Positions 17,927 to 28,072 of a DNA stretch of 36,025 nucleotides are shown one piece after another. The stretch spans positions 1 through 36,025 of the forward strand of contig JAYUFH010000188.1 of NCBI GenBank assembly GCA_043738765.1. The letters run 5' to 3'. Made by a program: the position numbers and the translations under genes. This stretch comes from Pseudomonadota bacterium. Its GTDB lineage: Bacteria; Pseudomonadota; Gammaproteobacteria; Acidiferrobacterales; UBA6901. The notes under the pieces were generated by a model. The model ran no database searches, had not been told where the DNA came from, and was given only the letters and a program-made list of their open reading frames with translations. Each line of letters opens with the position of its first letter. The stretch's first letter is position 1.

Positions 17927-18009
17927 CCGGCGGGGTCCTGTATGTTCCTAAGCTTTTGCAGCGACTTTTGGTACACTTGCGCGCAAATCAAGCAACCGGG
18001 TGACTTATC

Positions 18010-21000
18010 GTGGCGAATGCATCAACGGCCCGTGCGCAGCGGCTGGCCAAGCTCGAACAACAACTACAAGACCGCATACTGATCCTGGACGGTGCCATGG
18101 GCACCATGATCCAGCGCTACAAGCTGGAAGAGAAGGACTATCGCGGGGTGCGGTTTGCCGGGTATGCCCACGATCTAAAGGGCAACAATGACCTGTTGAC
18201 CCTGACCCAACCACAGATCATCAGCGACATTCATCACGCCTATCTCGACGCCGGCGCGGATATCCTCGAGACCAACACCTTCAACTCCACCTCCATCGCC
18301 ATGGCGGACTACCACATGGAGGACCTGGTGTATGAGTTGAACCGTGAGGGCGCGCGCCTGGCGCGCGCGGCGGCGGATGCGGCTGAAAAAAAACAACCGG
18401 CGCGACCGCGCTACATCGCTGGCGTACTCGGCCCCACCAATCGCACCGCCTCCATCTCGCCGGATGTGAACAATCCCGGTTTCCGTAACATCGGCTATGA
18501 CGCCCTGGTCATCGCCTACACCGAGGCCATTCGCGGCCTGTTGGACGGCGGCGCCGATGTGCTGCTGGTGGAAACCGTGTTCGATACCCTGAACTGCAAG
18601 GCCGCCCTGTTCGCCATCGACCAGTACTTTGAAGATCACAGCCTGCGTGTGCCCATCATGATCTCCGGCACCATCACCGACGCCAGCGGCCGCACCCTGT
18701 CGGGACAGACCACCGAGGCCTTCTGGAACTCCCTGGCGCACGCACGACCCTTAAGCATCGGTCTCAACTGCGCCCTCGGCGCCGATCAGTTGCGCCAGTA
18801 CGTGGAGGAGTTGTCGCGCGTCGCCAACGTGCACCTCAGCGCCCACCCCAACGCCGGCCTGCCCAACGAGTTCGGCGGCTACGACGAAACCCCGGAGACC
18901 ATGGCGGTGCATATAAAGGAATGGGCGCAGAGCGCCTTCCTGAATATCGTCGGCGGCTGCTGTGGCACCAGCCCGGCACACATCAAGGCCATTGCCGAGG
19001 CCGTGGCGAATATCAAGCCGCGCAAACGCCCGGTGATCGAGCCGCAGCTGCGCCTGGCCGGGTTGGAACCACTCAATGTCGGCCCGGATTCCGTGTTCGT
19101 CAACGTGGGCGAGCGCACCAACGTCACCGGTTCGGCCGTGTTCAAGAAACTCATCCTCAACAACGACTACGACAAGGCCCTGGACGTGGCGCGCCAACAG
19201 GTGGACAGCGGCGCACAGATCATCGACGTCAACATGGACGAGGCCATGCTCGACGGTGAGGCCGCCATGGCGCGCTTCCTCAGCCTCATCGCCTCGGAGC
19301 CGGACATCTCGCGCGTGCCGGTGATGATCGATTCGTCCAAGTGGACGGTGCTGGAATCGGGCCTCAAGTGCGTACAGGGCAAGCCGGTGGTGAACTCCAT
19401 CAGCCTGAAAGAAGGCGAGGAAAAATTTATCCGCGAGGCGCGCCTGGTGCGACGCTACGGCGCCGCCGTCATCGTCATGGCCTTCGACGAAACCGGCCAG
19501 GCGGACACGCACCGGCGCAAGGTGGACATCTGCGCCCGCTCCTACAAGATACTCACGCAGCAGGTCGGCTTCGCGCCGCAGGATATTATTTTCGATCCGA
19601 ATATCTTCGCCGTCGCCACCGGCATCGAGGAACACAACAACTACGCCGTGGATTTCATCGAGGCGACGCGGGAAATCAAGCGCGCCCTGCCCTACGCGCT
19701 GATCTCCGGCGGCGTGTCCAACGTGTCGTTCTCCTTCCGCGGCAACAACGCCGTGCGCGAGGCGATTCACTCGGTGTTTCTGTATCACGCCATCCAGGCG
19801 GGCATGGACATGGGCATCGTCAACGCCGGACAGCTGGCGGTGTATCAGGACATCCCCAAGGACCTGCTGGACTGCGTCGAGGACGTGATCCTGAATCGGC
19901 GCGCCGACGCCATGGAGCGCCTGCTGGCCCTGGCGCCCAAGTATGCCGGCGAAGGCGGCAAGGTGACGGTGCAGGACCTCACCTGGCGCGAGGCAACCGT
20001 GACCGAGCGCATGACCCATGCCCTGGTGCACGGCATCGACGAATACGTCAATCAGGATACGGAAGAGGTGCGCCTGCTGTTTGAAAAACCGATCCAGGTG
20101 ATCGAAGGCCCCCTCATGGACGGCATGAACGTGGTGGGCGATCTGTTCGGCGCCGGCAAGATGTTCCTGCCACAAGTGGTGAAGAGCGCGCGCGTGATGA
20201 AAAAGGCCGTGGCCTATCTGCTGCCCTACATCGAGGCGTCCAAGACCGCCGACAGCCGCGCCAACGGCAAGATCCTCATGGCCACGGTGAAGGGCGACGT
20301 GCACGATATCGGCAAGAACATCGTCGGCGTGGTGCTCGCCTGCAACAACTACGAGGTCATCGATCTCGGCGTCATGGTGCCCGCGAGCAAGATCCTGGAA
20401 GCCGCGCGCAGGGAAAACGTGGACATCATCGGCCTGTCCGGTCTCATCACCCCATCGCTGGATGAAATGGCGCACGTGGCCAAGGAGATGCAGCGCGAGG
20501 GCTTTACCATACCGCTGCTCATCGGCGGCGCCACCACCTCGCGCGTGCATACCGCCGTGAAGATCGCGCCGCATTACAAAGGCACAACGGTGTGGGTGAA
20601 GGACGCCTCGCGCGGCGTGGGTGTTGCCTCCAGCCTGCTGAGTGACGAGCTCAAGGCGGAGTTCGCGGCCAAGGTCTTAAGCGAATACGAGGAGGTACGG
20701 GCACGCCACGCCGGCAAGCAATCCAACGTGCGCATGTTGCCCCTGGCGGACGTGCGCGCCAACAAGAGCAAGATCGACTGGAACGGTTACGTCCCGCCGA
20801 CGCCAACCTTCCTCGGCATTAAGGCGTTGGATAACTACCCCCTGGATGAACTGGCGCGTTATGTCGATTGGACACCGTTCTTCCAAACCTGGGAGCTGAG
20901 CGGTCGTTTCCCCGCCATCCTCAAGGATGCGGTGGTGGGCGACGCCGCGACCAAGCTGTACGCAGACGCGCAGGAGATGTTGCAGCGCATTATCAAAGAC

Positions 21001-21717
21001 AAGCTGCTCACGGCACGCGCCGTGATTGGCTTGTTCCCGGCCAACAGCGTGGGCGACGACGACATCGAGGTCTATACCGACGACGCGCGCAAGAAAGTGC
21101 GGACGGTCCTGCACAGCCTGCGACAACAGGACGAGAAGCCTCCGGGTCGACCCAATCGGGCGCTGGCGGACTTTATTGCGCCGAAAGCATCGGGGCTGAA
21201 AGATTATATCGGCGCCTTCGCGGTCACCACCGGTATCGGCACCGAGGCGCTGACCAGGAAATACAAAGACCAGTACGACGACTATAACGCCATCATGGTC
21301 CAGGCCCTGGCGGACCGGCTGGCGGAGGCCTTCGCCGAACGTCTGCACGAACGCGTGCGCAAGGAGTTCTGGGGTTATGCGCCGAACGAGAATATAGCGG
21401 GCGAAGATCTGATCAAAGAGACCTACCAGGGCATACGCCCGGCGCCGGGTTATCCCGCCTGCCCCGACCACACGGAAAAAGCCACGCTGTTCGAGCTGCT
21501 CGATGCGACCCGCAACGCCGGCATCTCGCTCACCGAGAGTTTCGCCATGTGGCCGGGGGCCAGCGTGAGCGGGTTCTATTTCTCCCACGGGGAATCGCGT
21601 TACTTCGCCGTCGGCAAACTCAATCCCGACCAGATCGAGGACTACGCCCGCCGCAAAGGATTGGGCATACCGGTCGTGGAACGCTGGCTGTCATCCAGTT
21701 TGGGATATGAACCTTAG
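18010..21717 (+). CDS. metH: Cobalamin-dependent methionine synthase
   Basis: 1235 aa, GTG start. It has all modules: Hcy-binding ([13 protein letters not shown]), pterin-binding, the B12 domain with [11 protein letters not shown] (DxHxxG), and the AdoMet reactivation domain. Confidence 0.97.
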   Translation: MANASTARAQRLAKLEQQLQDRILILDGAMGTMIQRYKLEEKDYRGVRFAGYAHDLKGNNDLLTLTQPQIISDIHHAYLDAGADILETNTFNSTSIAMADYHMEDLVYELNREGARLARAAADAAEKKQPARPRYIAGVLGPTNRTASISPDVNNPGFRNIGYDALVIAYTEAIRGLLDGGADVLLVETVFDTLNCKAALFAIDQYFEDHSLRVPIMISGTITDASGRTLSGQTTEAFWNSLAHARPLSIGLNCALGADQLRQYVEELSRVANVHLSAHPNAGLPNEFGGYDETPETMAVHIKEWAQSAFLNIVGGCCGTSPAHIKAIAEAVANIKPRKRPVIEPQLRLAGLEPLNVGPDSVFVNVGERTNVTGSAVFKKLILNNDYDKALDVARQQVDSGAQIIDVNMDEAMLDGEAAMARFLSLIASEPDISRVPVMIDSSKWTVLESGLKCVQGKPVVNSISLKEGEEKFIREARLVRRYGAAVIVMAFDETGQADTHRRKVDICARSYKILTQQVGFAPQDIIFDPNIFAVATGIEEHNNYAVDFIEATREIKRALPYALISGGVSNVSFSFRGNNAVREAIHSVFLYHAIQAGMDMGIVNAGQLAVYQDIPKDLLDCVEDVILNRRADAMERLLALAPKYAGEGGKVTVQDLTWREATVTERMTHALVHGIDEYVNQDTEEVRLLFEKPIQVIEGPLMDGMNVVGDLFGAGKMFLPQVVKSARVMKKAVAYLLPYIEASKTADSRANGKILMATVKGDVHDIGKNIVGVVLACNNYEVIDLGVMVPASKILEAARRENVDIIGLSGLITPSLDEMAHVAKEMQREGFTIPLLIGGATTSRVHTAVKIAPHYKGTTVWVKDASRGVGVASSLLSDELKAEFAAKVLSEYEEVRARHAGKQSNVRMLPLADVRANKSKIDWNGYVPPTPTFLGIKALDNYPLDELARYVDWTPFFQTWELSGRFPAILKDAVVGDAATKLYADAQEMLQRIIKDKLLTARAVIGLFPANSVGDDDIEVYTDDARKKVRTVLHSLRQQDEKPPGRPNRALADFIAPKASGLKDYIGAFAVTTGIGTEALTRKYKDQYDDYNAIMVQALADRLAEAFAERLHERVRKEFWGYAPNENIAGEDLIKETYQGIRPAPGYPACPDHTEKATLFELLDATRNAGISLTESFAMWPGASVSGFYFSHGESRYFAVGKLNPDQIEDYARRKGLGIPVVERWLSSSLGYEP

Positions 21718-21789
21718 TGGTCTCTAGGCTGGACTCTCCCGCCTGCTCAGCCGTCCCGCTACGCGCTGTTTACCCTGGCACATGGCCTG

Positions 21790-21809
21790 GCCGGTGATCC
21801 GGCTTTTCT
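21790..21809 (+). terminator. Possible rho-independent terminator after metH
   Basis: GCCGG-TGAT-CCGGC followed by TTTTCTG, about 75 nt after the metH stop. The stem is short. Confidence 0.35.
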
Positions 21810-21930
21810 GTGCGCATTGGATGTGGATAGCACGCGTCAGCGGGTTCGCGTCAGCAAGGAAATATTTTCCCCTTCCGACCACGGGTAGCCACGGCGGGTA
21901 TCGCATCTTGCGTTAGCGCCACGCTGCGCA

Positions 21931-22845
21931 TCAACCCAGACCTTCGATACTGTATTCAACCTGCAGTTGATGTTCACTGCCCGGGGCGACAGTCACCACA
22001 TCCACGTCGGCATTGGTGGATTCGACACACAGCATGCCGAGATAACCCTCGGGTCCGAAGTCACCCATCTTTTCAGCTTTTTCGATCCATGGATTCCACA
22101 CGACAGTGGAATGACTATGGCGTTTCGCAATGCGTATGCGGCGATTGAATCCCGGGTCTTCGATCAGGCAGTCGCGGGCTGAGTCGAGATAAATACGATC
22201 GGTTTCAGCACTGATGTGGACGCCGCCTGACTGCATCTTGCGCTTCGAACCATCCACCTTGTCGATATAGGGGCAACCCTCGAGTCCATAAACAACGACC
22301 CGGCGTACATCGCTCACTGCGAAATAGGTATGCAGCGCATCGCCCAGGACAAATGCCTGTTGACCGGTGTTGCGTGTGGTCAAATTCATCCCCAAGTGCG
22401 CACCGATGGTGACCGTCATGCTTACGTCCGACGGAGTCGACCACTGCTGCAGATTCTTGCTGGCGGCCGCAAGACGTAGCACGAGACGTGTGGCGCCTTC
22501 CCCGGTTGCTTGCGTGGACAGCACCTCCCACAGCACGGTGCGCGCAAATCCGTGGCCGGGAAACGCTGCGTCACTGGCGTGCGGACCAAACCATGGCCAG
22601 CAGATGGGCACGCCGCCGCGGATGGATTTTCCCGGGGAAAACTTGGCGTACCCACTCAGCCATAAAACCGGCTCCTGGCCCTTGGGTTGGAAGGTCATGA
22701 CATGCGCGCCCTGCAACGCCAGCATGGCCGTAGCATGGGCGTTGTTGATTTTCGCCACCACCAAACCGCCCGGGCCACTCTCAAAGCGCACATGCTTGTC
22801 GATGGCGAATTCACGGTTAAGCCGGTCGATATCGGCCGTTGTCAT
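21931..22845 (-). CDS. yeaD: D-hexose-6-phosphate mutarotase (aldose 1-epimerase family, YeaD-like)
   Basis: 304 aa, with the IRGGVPICWPWFGPH signature. SD AAGGGGG lies upstream. Confidence 0.88.
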   Translation of the reverse strand: MTTADIDRLNREFAIDKHVRFESGPGGLVVAKINNAHATAMLALQGAHVMTFQPKGQEPVLWLSGYAKFSPGKSIRGGVPICWPWFGPHASDAAFPGHGFARTVLWEVLSTQATGEGATRLVLRLAAASKNLQQWSTPSDVSMTVTIGAHLGMNLTTRNTGQQAFVLGDALHTYFAVSDVRRVVVYGLEGCPYIDKVDGSKRKMQSGGVHISAETDRIYLDSARDCLIEDPGFNRRIRIAKRHSHSTVVWNPWIEKAEKMGDFGPEGYLGMLCVESTNADVDVVTVAPGSEHQLQVEYSIEGLG

Positions 22846-23117
22846 GCAACACCCCCTTGGGAGAAATAATGGTAAGCATTGTGCTGCCAGGAATCTACTG
22901 ATAGCGGTACGAGGTACGTCTCATGAATTTCGCACGCAGTATATCCACACCTGCCCAGCGGCCTCAACGCTCCCTGCCTGGGCGCAACGCCATTGTGGGC
23001 CGGCGGGTGCCCACAACCGGGCAACAACACAACCCTGTACACGACGCGGATAACCAGGCAGCAGACAATCGCTTTAACCTGAAAACAGCATTTGAACCGC
23101 CGGGGTATTCGTTGACC

Positions 23118-23148
23118 TGCACCCGGTGCCAAGCTCCCACCGGGTGCA
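23118..23148 (-). terminator. Strong hairpin immediately downstream of the protease gene
   Basis: TGCACCCGGTG (23118-23128) and CACCGGGTGCA (23138-23148) form a perfect 11-bp stem with a 9-nt loop, 7 nt from the stop codon. There is no clear U-run. Confidence 0.4.
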
Positions 23149-23154
23149 TTCGGC

Positions 23155-24675
23155 TCAAGGCTTGATCAGGACAAACAACTTACCGCCACCGCGGTTAATC
23201 AGCAGCAGCACACTGTCCTTTTTACCCAGCTTATTCACGGCACGCTGGTAATCGCCGATCATGCGTATCGGCGCGCGATTGACTTCCACGATAACGTCTC
23301 CGCGACGCACGCCGGCGGCCGCGGCGGGACTCGCGGCATCGACCCCGCTGATCACCACGCCGCCGTTACCCTGAGGCATGCCCAGCTGGCGTGCCACATC
23401 CGGCGTAATGGCCTGCACTTCCAGCCCGGCGAGGGCGGTGTTGCCGCCGACCTGGCTGTCGCCTTCGCTATCGCCCGTGGCAGCATGCTCCATATCCACC
23501 GGCTGTTCGGCGATCTTCACCTTCAGATCCGTGGGTTTCTTGTCGCGAATGACGCGCACTTCCACTTCTTTACCCACCTTCATGTCGGCCACCCGGTTGC
23601 GCAGGGCGGTGGGGCTATCGACGGGTTTCCCGTCCATGGCAACGATCACATCCCCGGCGATGAAGCCGGCCTTGGCCGCCGGGCTGTCTTTCACCACCTC
23701 GCCGACCAGCGCGCCCTGGGCATCGGTTACGCCAAAATTCTTGGCCAGTTCCGGCGTCAACTCCTGTATCGAGACCCCCAACCAGCCGCGCACCACCTTG
23801 CCGGTGGAGATGAGGCTCTGCATCACTTTGCGCACCATATTGCTCGGCACGGCAAAACCCACCCCCATGTAACCGCCGTTGCGGCTGAAGATGGCGGTGT
23901 TGATACCGATCAGTTCGCCGCTCGCATTCACCAGGGCGCCGCCGGAGTTGCCCGGGTTGATGGCCGCGTCGGTCTGAATGAAATCCTCATAATCGGCGAT
24001 ACCCACGTTGGCACGGCCAACGGCGCTGACGATGCCCATGGTGACCGTTTGATTGAGGCCGAAGGGGTTGCCCATGGCCAGCACGTATTCGCCCGCCTCG
24101 AGCTTATCGGAATCGCCCCACGGCACCGTGGGCAGGTCCTTGGCCTTGATGCGGATCACGGCGACGTCGGTTTTCGGGTCGGTGCCCACCACCTTGCCGA
24201 TGAATTCGCGTTTGTCGCCGAGCAGGACTTTAATCTCATCCGCCTTGTCCACCACGTGATTGTTGGTCACGATATAACCGCTGGAATCGACGATCACGCC
24301 GGAGCCCAGGCTGTTCTCCCGCTGGTCCCTGGGCATGGCGTGCCCCTGGGAGAATTGGTCGCCGAAGAACTGGCGGAAGAATGGATCGTTGAAGAAGGGT
24401 GACATCTGCTGCATGTCCTTACCGTGAATGACGCGGGTGGTGGAGATATTCACCACCGCCGGCATGACCGCCTTCACCACCGGGACGAAATTCGACTGCA
24501 CTATATTGGCTGGCGCTGGCGGCATGGCCGGCGTGGACATGGTGGTGCTGCTATTGGCCGGCGCCACCCAATCCATGCGCAGGCTAAAGAACAGGCCTGC
24601 CACCAGCCCCACCAGCAGGAATACCCCTGCCACACCACCGACCTTAAGCATGCGTGCACGACGACCGTCAGACAT
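23155..24675 (-). CDS. Periplasmic serine endoprotease, Do/DegP/MucD family (two PDZ domains)
   Basis: 506 aa with an N-terminal anchor/signal. Triad blocks TNNHVV, DVAVIRI and NPGNSGGALVN are present, followed by two PDZ-like regions. SD GGAGAG precedes the ATG. Confidence 0.93.
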   Translation of the reverse strand: MSDGRRARMLKVGGVAGVFLLVGLVAGLFFSLRMDWVAPANSSTTMSTPAMPPAPANIVQSNFVPVVKAVMPAVVNISTTRVIHGKDMQQMSPFFNDPFFRQFFGDQFSQGHAMPRDQRENSLGSGVIVDSSGYIVTNNHVVDKADEIKVLLGDKREFIGKVVGTDPKTDVAVIRIKAKDLPTVPWGDSDKLEAGEYVLAMGNPFGLNQTVTMGIVSAVGRANVGIADYEDFIQTDAAINPGNSGGALVNASGELIGINTAIFSRNGGYMGVGFAVPSNMVRKVMQSLISTGKVVRGWLGVSIQELTPELAKNFGVTDAQGALVGEVVKDSPAAKAGFIAGDVIVAMDGKPVDSPTALRNRVADMKVGKEVEVRVIRDKKPTDLKVKIAEQPVDMEHAATGDSEGDSQVGGNTALAGLEVQAITPDVARQLGMPQGNGGVVISGVDAASPAAAAGVRRGDVIVEVNRAPIRMIGDYQRAVNKLGKKDSVLLLINRGGGKLFVLIKP

Positions 24676-24735
24676 TGATCTCTCCTGGAAATTGGAAAAT
24701 ATACTTTACCGCAGCGGGAATAACCGGCTACCCTC

Positions 24736-24762
24736 ATTGATCCTGCGGGACGCAAAAAGTTC
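24736..24762 (-). promoter_or_regulatory. SigmaE (RpoE/AlgU)-type promoter for the DegP/MucD gene
   Basis: The reverse strand reads GAACTT (24762-24757), a 16-nt spacer, then TCAAT (24740-24736). This is close to the GAACTT-N16-TCAAA/TCTGA consensus and lies about 60 nt upstream of the ATG. Confidence 0.5.
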
Positions 24763-24890
24763 GTCGGTTTGCTTGAGGGGCATCGTTTTATTCTTGTACA
24801 GCAGCGAGGCAGGCATCGATATTGGGCACAAGTGTCCTGGAGGGATGCCTGATTTCGTCTCACTCACGCTGCCGGCCTTTGGACGAAAGC

Positions 24891-24919
24891 TTGCATGCGC
24901 GCACCGCTGCACATACATT
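24891..24919 (+). promoter_or_regulatory. Possible sigma70 promoter for the lemA operon
   Basis: TTGCAT, 17-nt spacer, TACATT, 37 nt upstream of the lemA ATG. Confidence 0.3.
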
Positions 24920-24955
24920 ATGCGCCTTACTTCTTAACCTGCACCGGAGTTCGCT

Positions 24956-25576
24956 ATGTCCCACCGACTGATGATCGCCTCGCTACTGCTCCTGTTCGGC
25001 CTGTCCGGCTGCGGCTACAACAACCTGCAGGTGAACGACGAACAGATCAAGGCCAGCTGGGGTGAAGTGCTGAATCAGTATCAGCGGCGCGCGGATCTGG
25101 TGCCTAACCTGGTGTCCGTGGTCAAAGGATACGCGACGCATGAAAAGGATGTACTGACCCAAATCACCGAAGCCCGCGCGCGCGTCGGCAGTATCCAGGC
25201 GACACCCGAGCTGCTTAACGACCCACAGGCGTTTTCCCGTTTCCAGGCCGCCCAGGGTCAGCTGGGCTCCGCGTTATCGCGCCTGATGGTGGTGTCGGAG
25301 AACTATCCCAACCTCAAGGCGGATGGTCTATTCCGTGACTTGCAGGCGCAACTGGAGGGCACGGAGAACCGCATCACCGTGGCGCGCAACCGCTATATCA
25401 ACGCGGTGCAGACCTATAATGTGACGGTGCGTTCCTTCCCCAGCAATCTCACGGCCATGGCCATGGGCTACCATGTCAAACCGACCTTCAGCGTGGAAAA
25501 CGAAAAGGCCCTCGCCACCCCGCCCAAGGTGGATTTCGAGAAGCCGGCCACCAGCCCTACCCCCGCCGCGAAGTAA
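24956..25576 (+). CDS. lemA: LemA-family protein (lipoprotein-like signal, LSGC)
   Basis: MSHRLMIASLLLLFGLSGCGYNNLQVNDEQIKASWGEVLNQYQRRADLVPNLV... is typical LemA. Confidence 0.92.
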   Translation: MSHRLMIASLLLLFGLSGCGYNNLQVNDEQIKASWGEVLNQYQRRADLVPNLVSVVKGYATHEKDVLTQITEARARVGSIQATPELLNDPQAFSRFQAAQGQLGSALSRLMVVSENYPNLKADGLFRDLQAQLEGTENRITVARNRYINAVQTYNVTVRSFPSNLTAMAMGYHVKPTFSVENEKALATPPKVDFEKPATSPTPAAK

Positions 25577-25651
25577 CGCTGTCCGCGTCCGTGAGACAAT
25601 GACCCGAGAACTTCGCAACCTGTCCCTGCGCGCCACCGGCAGAGGTGCTGA

Positions 25652-26494
25652 ATGAATTTACGTCTCCGATCGCCCCTGCTTGCCGTCCTGTGGTGGTGCG
25701 CCTGCATGCTGCTGCCGACCGCGGCGCAGGCCGAGGCGGCCATCCCCGCGCTCAAGACTTACGTTACCGACCTGACGCGCACCCTGACGCCCAACCAGCA
25801 GGACAACCTGGTGCAACTACTGAAAAACCTGGACACGCGCAAAGGCAGCCAGATCGCGGTGCTCATCGTCCCCTCCACCCAGCCGGAGGCCATCGAGCAG
25901 TATTCCATCCGCGTCGCGGACGCCTGGAAGCTCGGTCGCAAAGGCATCGATGACGGCGCCCTGCTACTGGTGGCCAAGGACGACCACGCGGTGCGCATCG
26001 AGGTCGGTCGTGGCCTGGAGGGTGTGTTGCCGGATGCCGTGACCAGTCGCATCATCAACGAAATTATTATTCCGTTTTTCAAGCAAGGCGATCTCTACGG
26101 CGGACTCCAGGCGGGCAGCGTGCGCATGATACGCATCATCGAAGGCGAGCCCCTGCCGCCGGTGAGCGCCAAACAACCGGGTTGGTCCGGCGTGCAGGAC
26201 TATCTGCCGATCATCTTTATCGGCATTATCGCCGTGGGCGGCATGCTGCGTGCGATCTTCGGGCGGCTGATCGGTGCCGGACTTGTCGCGGGTATCGCCG
26301 GCATGATCTTTTGGGCGATCCTGGGTACGCTGCTCGGCGCCCTGCTGGTCGGCGTTATTATCTTTCTATTCATGCTGGCGGGCGGCGGACGCGGCTTCGG
26401 CATGGGCGGCCTGGGTGGTGGCATGGGCGGTGGTGGTGGTTTCAGCGGTGGTGGTGGTGGCTTCGGCGGAGGAGGCGCCTCAGGACGATGGTAA
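25652..26494 (+). CDS. TPM-domain protein (YgcG-like) with TM segments and a Gly-rich tail
   Basis: Signal peptide, then a TPM block (VTDLTRTLTPNQQDNL...GSQIAVLIVPS...LLLVAKDDHAVRIEVGRGLEG), 2 TM segments, and a GGGRGFGMGGLGGGMGGGGGFSGGGGGFGGGG tail. Confidence 0.88.
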   Translation: MNLRLRSPLLAVLWWCACMLLPTAAQAEAAIPALKTYVTDLTRTLTPNQQDNLVQLLKNLDTRKGSQIAVLIVPSTQPEAIEQYSIRVADAWKLGRKGIDDGALLLVAKDDHAVRIEVGRGLEGVLPDAVTSRIINEIIIPFFKQGDLYGGLQAGSVRMIRIIEGEPLPPVSAKQPGWSGVQDYLPIIFIGIIAVGGMLRAIFGRLIGAGLVAGIAGMIFWAILGTLLGALLVGVIIFLFMLAGGGRGFGMGGLGGGMGGGGGFSGGGGGFGGGGASGRW

Positions 26495-26991
26495 CGATGC
26501 TCAAAAGACTGTTGCGCCATACCCTCACCCCAAGCTGGCGGGTGCGTCATGTGTTTCCAACGCGCGTCATGCACGCCATTACCGCTGCCATACATCAATG
26601 CGAGACCCAGCACCGGGGTGAGATCCGTTTCGCGGTGGAGGCATCCCTGGACGTGCCGGCCCTGCTGCGCAAACAGTCCGCCCGGGAACGCGCCATCGCC
26701 GTGTTCGCGCAACTCGGCGTGTGGGACACGGAACACAACAACGGCATACTGATCTACGTGCTGCTGGCGGACCGCGACGTGGAAATCATCGCTGACCGCG
26801 GCATCAACCGGCACGTCGGTCGCGAGGCGTGGGAGACCATCTGCCGCGAGATGGAACTCGACTTGCGCCAGGAGCGCTTCCAGGAGGCCGTCCTGCATGG
26901 CATCAGTGCCGTCAGCGCCCATCTCACCCATCACTATCCGGGACAGGGGGAGAAAATCAACGAACTCCCGGATCAGCCGGTTATTCTTTAA
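26488..26991 (+). CDS. TPM-domain protein (second, cytoplasmic type)
   Basis: Its ATG overlaps the upstream stop (ATGGTAA); a second ATG lies at 26497. ETQHRGEIRFAVEASLD...NGILIYVLLADRDVEIIADRGI. The track ORF start at 26182 is an out-of-context extension. Confidence 0.8.
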   Translation: MVTMLKRLLRHTLTPSWRVRHVFPTRVMHAITAAIHQCETQHRGEIRFAVEASLDVPALLRKQSARERAIAVFAQLGVWDTEHNNGILIYVLLADRDVEIIADRGINRHVGREAWETICREMELDLRQERFQEAVLHGISAVSAHLTHHYPGQGEKINELPDQPVIL

Positions 26992-27403
26992 ATCCCTGAC
27001 ACGACCACTCGCCGCACTCCGAGTGACTGCAGTGCCGTCACAACGATGTGGCGTTCTTCGATACGCCTCTGCGACCATCCTTACCCACAGACCCGTGCCG
27101 ATGCGACACGCGCATCTATTGCGCAACCCTAATTAACTTCTGCACTACCTTATTACTCTATGGAATCACGTACGCGCGAAGGGAGGAATGCAGCGGACCA
27201 ACGGCGGTCATCTCACGGTGGTGACATATCGCATGACGAAGCGACCAAACAACGCGCTTAATGGTGCATTTTTGTCTTAAAGCTACCGAGAAAAACATGT
27301 ATATAAGTCAGGGTGAAGCCAAGCGAGGGTAACGGGTGCGCTCCCCTGCCAGCAGCGAATGACGCCACGCTTGCCCGGCATACCCATCTACCAGGGAGTC
27401 AAC

Positions 27404-27844
27404 ATGAAACAATCATCGTATTTGATATTCACTCCGGCGGTACAGGATCGATTCTGGTCGCGCTTGGCGCCTCGGGACGCTGGACTCGAGGGTCACAGGC
27501 AAGATCTACGCGCCGGCGCTGCGCGCCTGGGCCACGACATGGCAGTAAACCCGCGCAAGAAAATTCCCTTCGATGCCCTGGTGGACTACTGGATCACCTA
27601 CTCCATCCCCTGGCACATTCTGGAACTGGGCACGGAAAGCGCCCTGGTAAAAATGGACACCCTGGGACTGCGCGTGGGTGAGCCGACGGATTTTGTGCTG
27701 CGCTTCAAGTGTGATCGGCAGCCGTCAGAACATCATATACCGGCAGTAGTGGAAAAAATCCAGCCGCACGGCGTGACCCTGCGCTTCGCCGATTACACTG
27801 AGGAAACCCGCAGGGACCTGACCAGATTGCTGCGCGCACTCTGA
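27404..27844 (+). CDS. Hypothetical protein, PilZ-like C-terminal domain with non-canonical binding motifs
   Basis: SD AGGGAG lies 5 nt before the ATG at 27404. The C-terminal half follows a PilZ beta-barrel pattern (…GEPTDFVLRF…AVVEKIQPHGVTLRFADYTEETRRDLTRLL), but RxxxR and D/NxSxxG are not conserved. Confidence 0.55.
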   Translation: MKQSSYLIFTPAVQDRFWSRLAPRDAGLEGHRQDLRAGAARLGHDMAVNPRKKIPFDALVDYWITYSIPWHILELGTESALVKMDTLGLRVGEPTDFVLRFKCDRQPSEHHIPAVVEKIQPHGVTLRFADYTEETRRDLTRLLRAL

Positions 27845-27922
27845 TTTCCACGTAATCCGAGCGCGCCGCGCGTCGGACATGCCATGTCTGGGAAAACTCT
27901 AAACATCCCTGAAAATAGGTTT

Positions 27923-27941
27923 AACCGCCAAGGACGCCAGG
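27923..27941. repeat. Solo half-copy of REP family B
   Basis: AACCGCCAAGGACGCCAGG, with no partner arm nearby, immediately next to a REP-A doublet. Confidence 0.5.
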
Positions 27942-27951
27942 AAAAACAGTA

Positions 27952-28018
27952 GTGGTGGGCATCGCCCACCCACCCAGGCCAACCCGCGCCACCTGTGGTG
28001 GGCAATGCCCACCCTACA
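27952..28018. repeat. REP-A doublet
   Basis: GTGGTGGGCATCGCCCACCCAC (27952-27973) and TGTGGTGGGCAATGCCCACCCTACA (27994-28018). Confidence 0.8.
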
Positions 28019-28072
28019 GAACGGCCGTCTTGCACGGTGGCGCCGGCAGTCACCATCGCGAGGCGCTATCGG

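Noticed and set aside
17684-18009. SAH, SAM or cobalamin riboswitch upstream of metH
   Set aside because: I could not find the SAH-element core (GAGGAGCGCUGC ... CAGGCUCGG ... AACGGCGCUCAC), a B12 box, or SAM-II-like motifs. No MetR-type TGAA-N5-TTCA site was seen either. Only an isolated hairpin is present.
18751-20574. 607-aa ORF antisense to metH, plus further antisense ORFs at 18175..18741 and 20677..21588
   Set aside because: It lies entirely inside an unmistakable metH reading frame on the other strand. Its composition is dominated by R/G/H/A/D, as expected for the reverse complement of a GC3-rich gene. There is no SD and no recognisable family. This is a typical high-GC shadow ORF.
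21724-21906. 60-aa minus-strand ORF between metH and the mutarotase gene
   Set aside because: Short, with no SD, an atypical Arg/Pro/Cys-rich sequence, and overlap with the putative metH terminator region.
26200-27126. 308-aa minus-strand ORF with a poly-Pro tract
   Set aside because: The Pro run is simply the complement of the Gly-rich tail of the TPM protein. The ORF spans two well-supported plus-strand genes.
27188-27280. 30-codon sORF (MQRTNGGHLTVVTYRMTKRPNNALNGAFLS) after GAAGGGAGGA in the long intergenic region before the PilZ-like gene
   Set aside because: The SD-like sequence abuts the ATG with essentially no spacing. There is no conservation information. It is too short to support from sequence alone.
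27100-27403. c-di-GMP riboswitch or sigma54 promoter upstream of the PilZ-like gene
   Set aside because: No GEMM-type conserved motifs are present. TGGTGCATTTTTGTC only loosely resembles TGGCAC-N5-TTGC because the -12 element is wrong.
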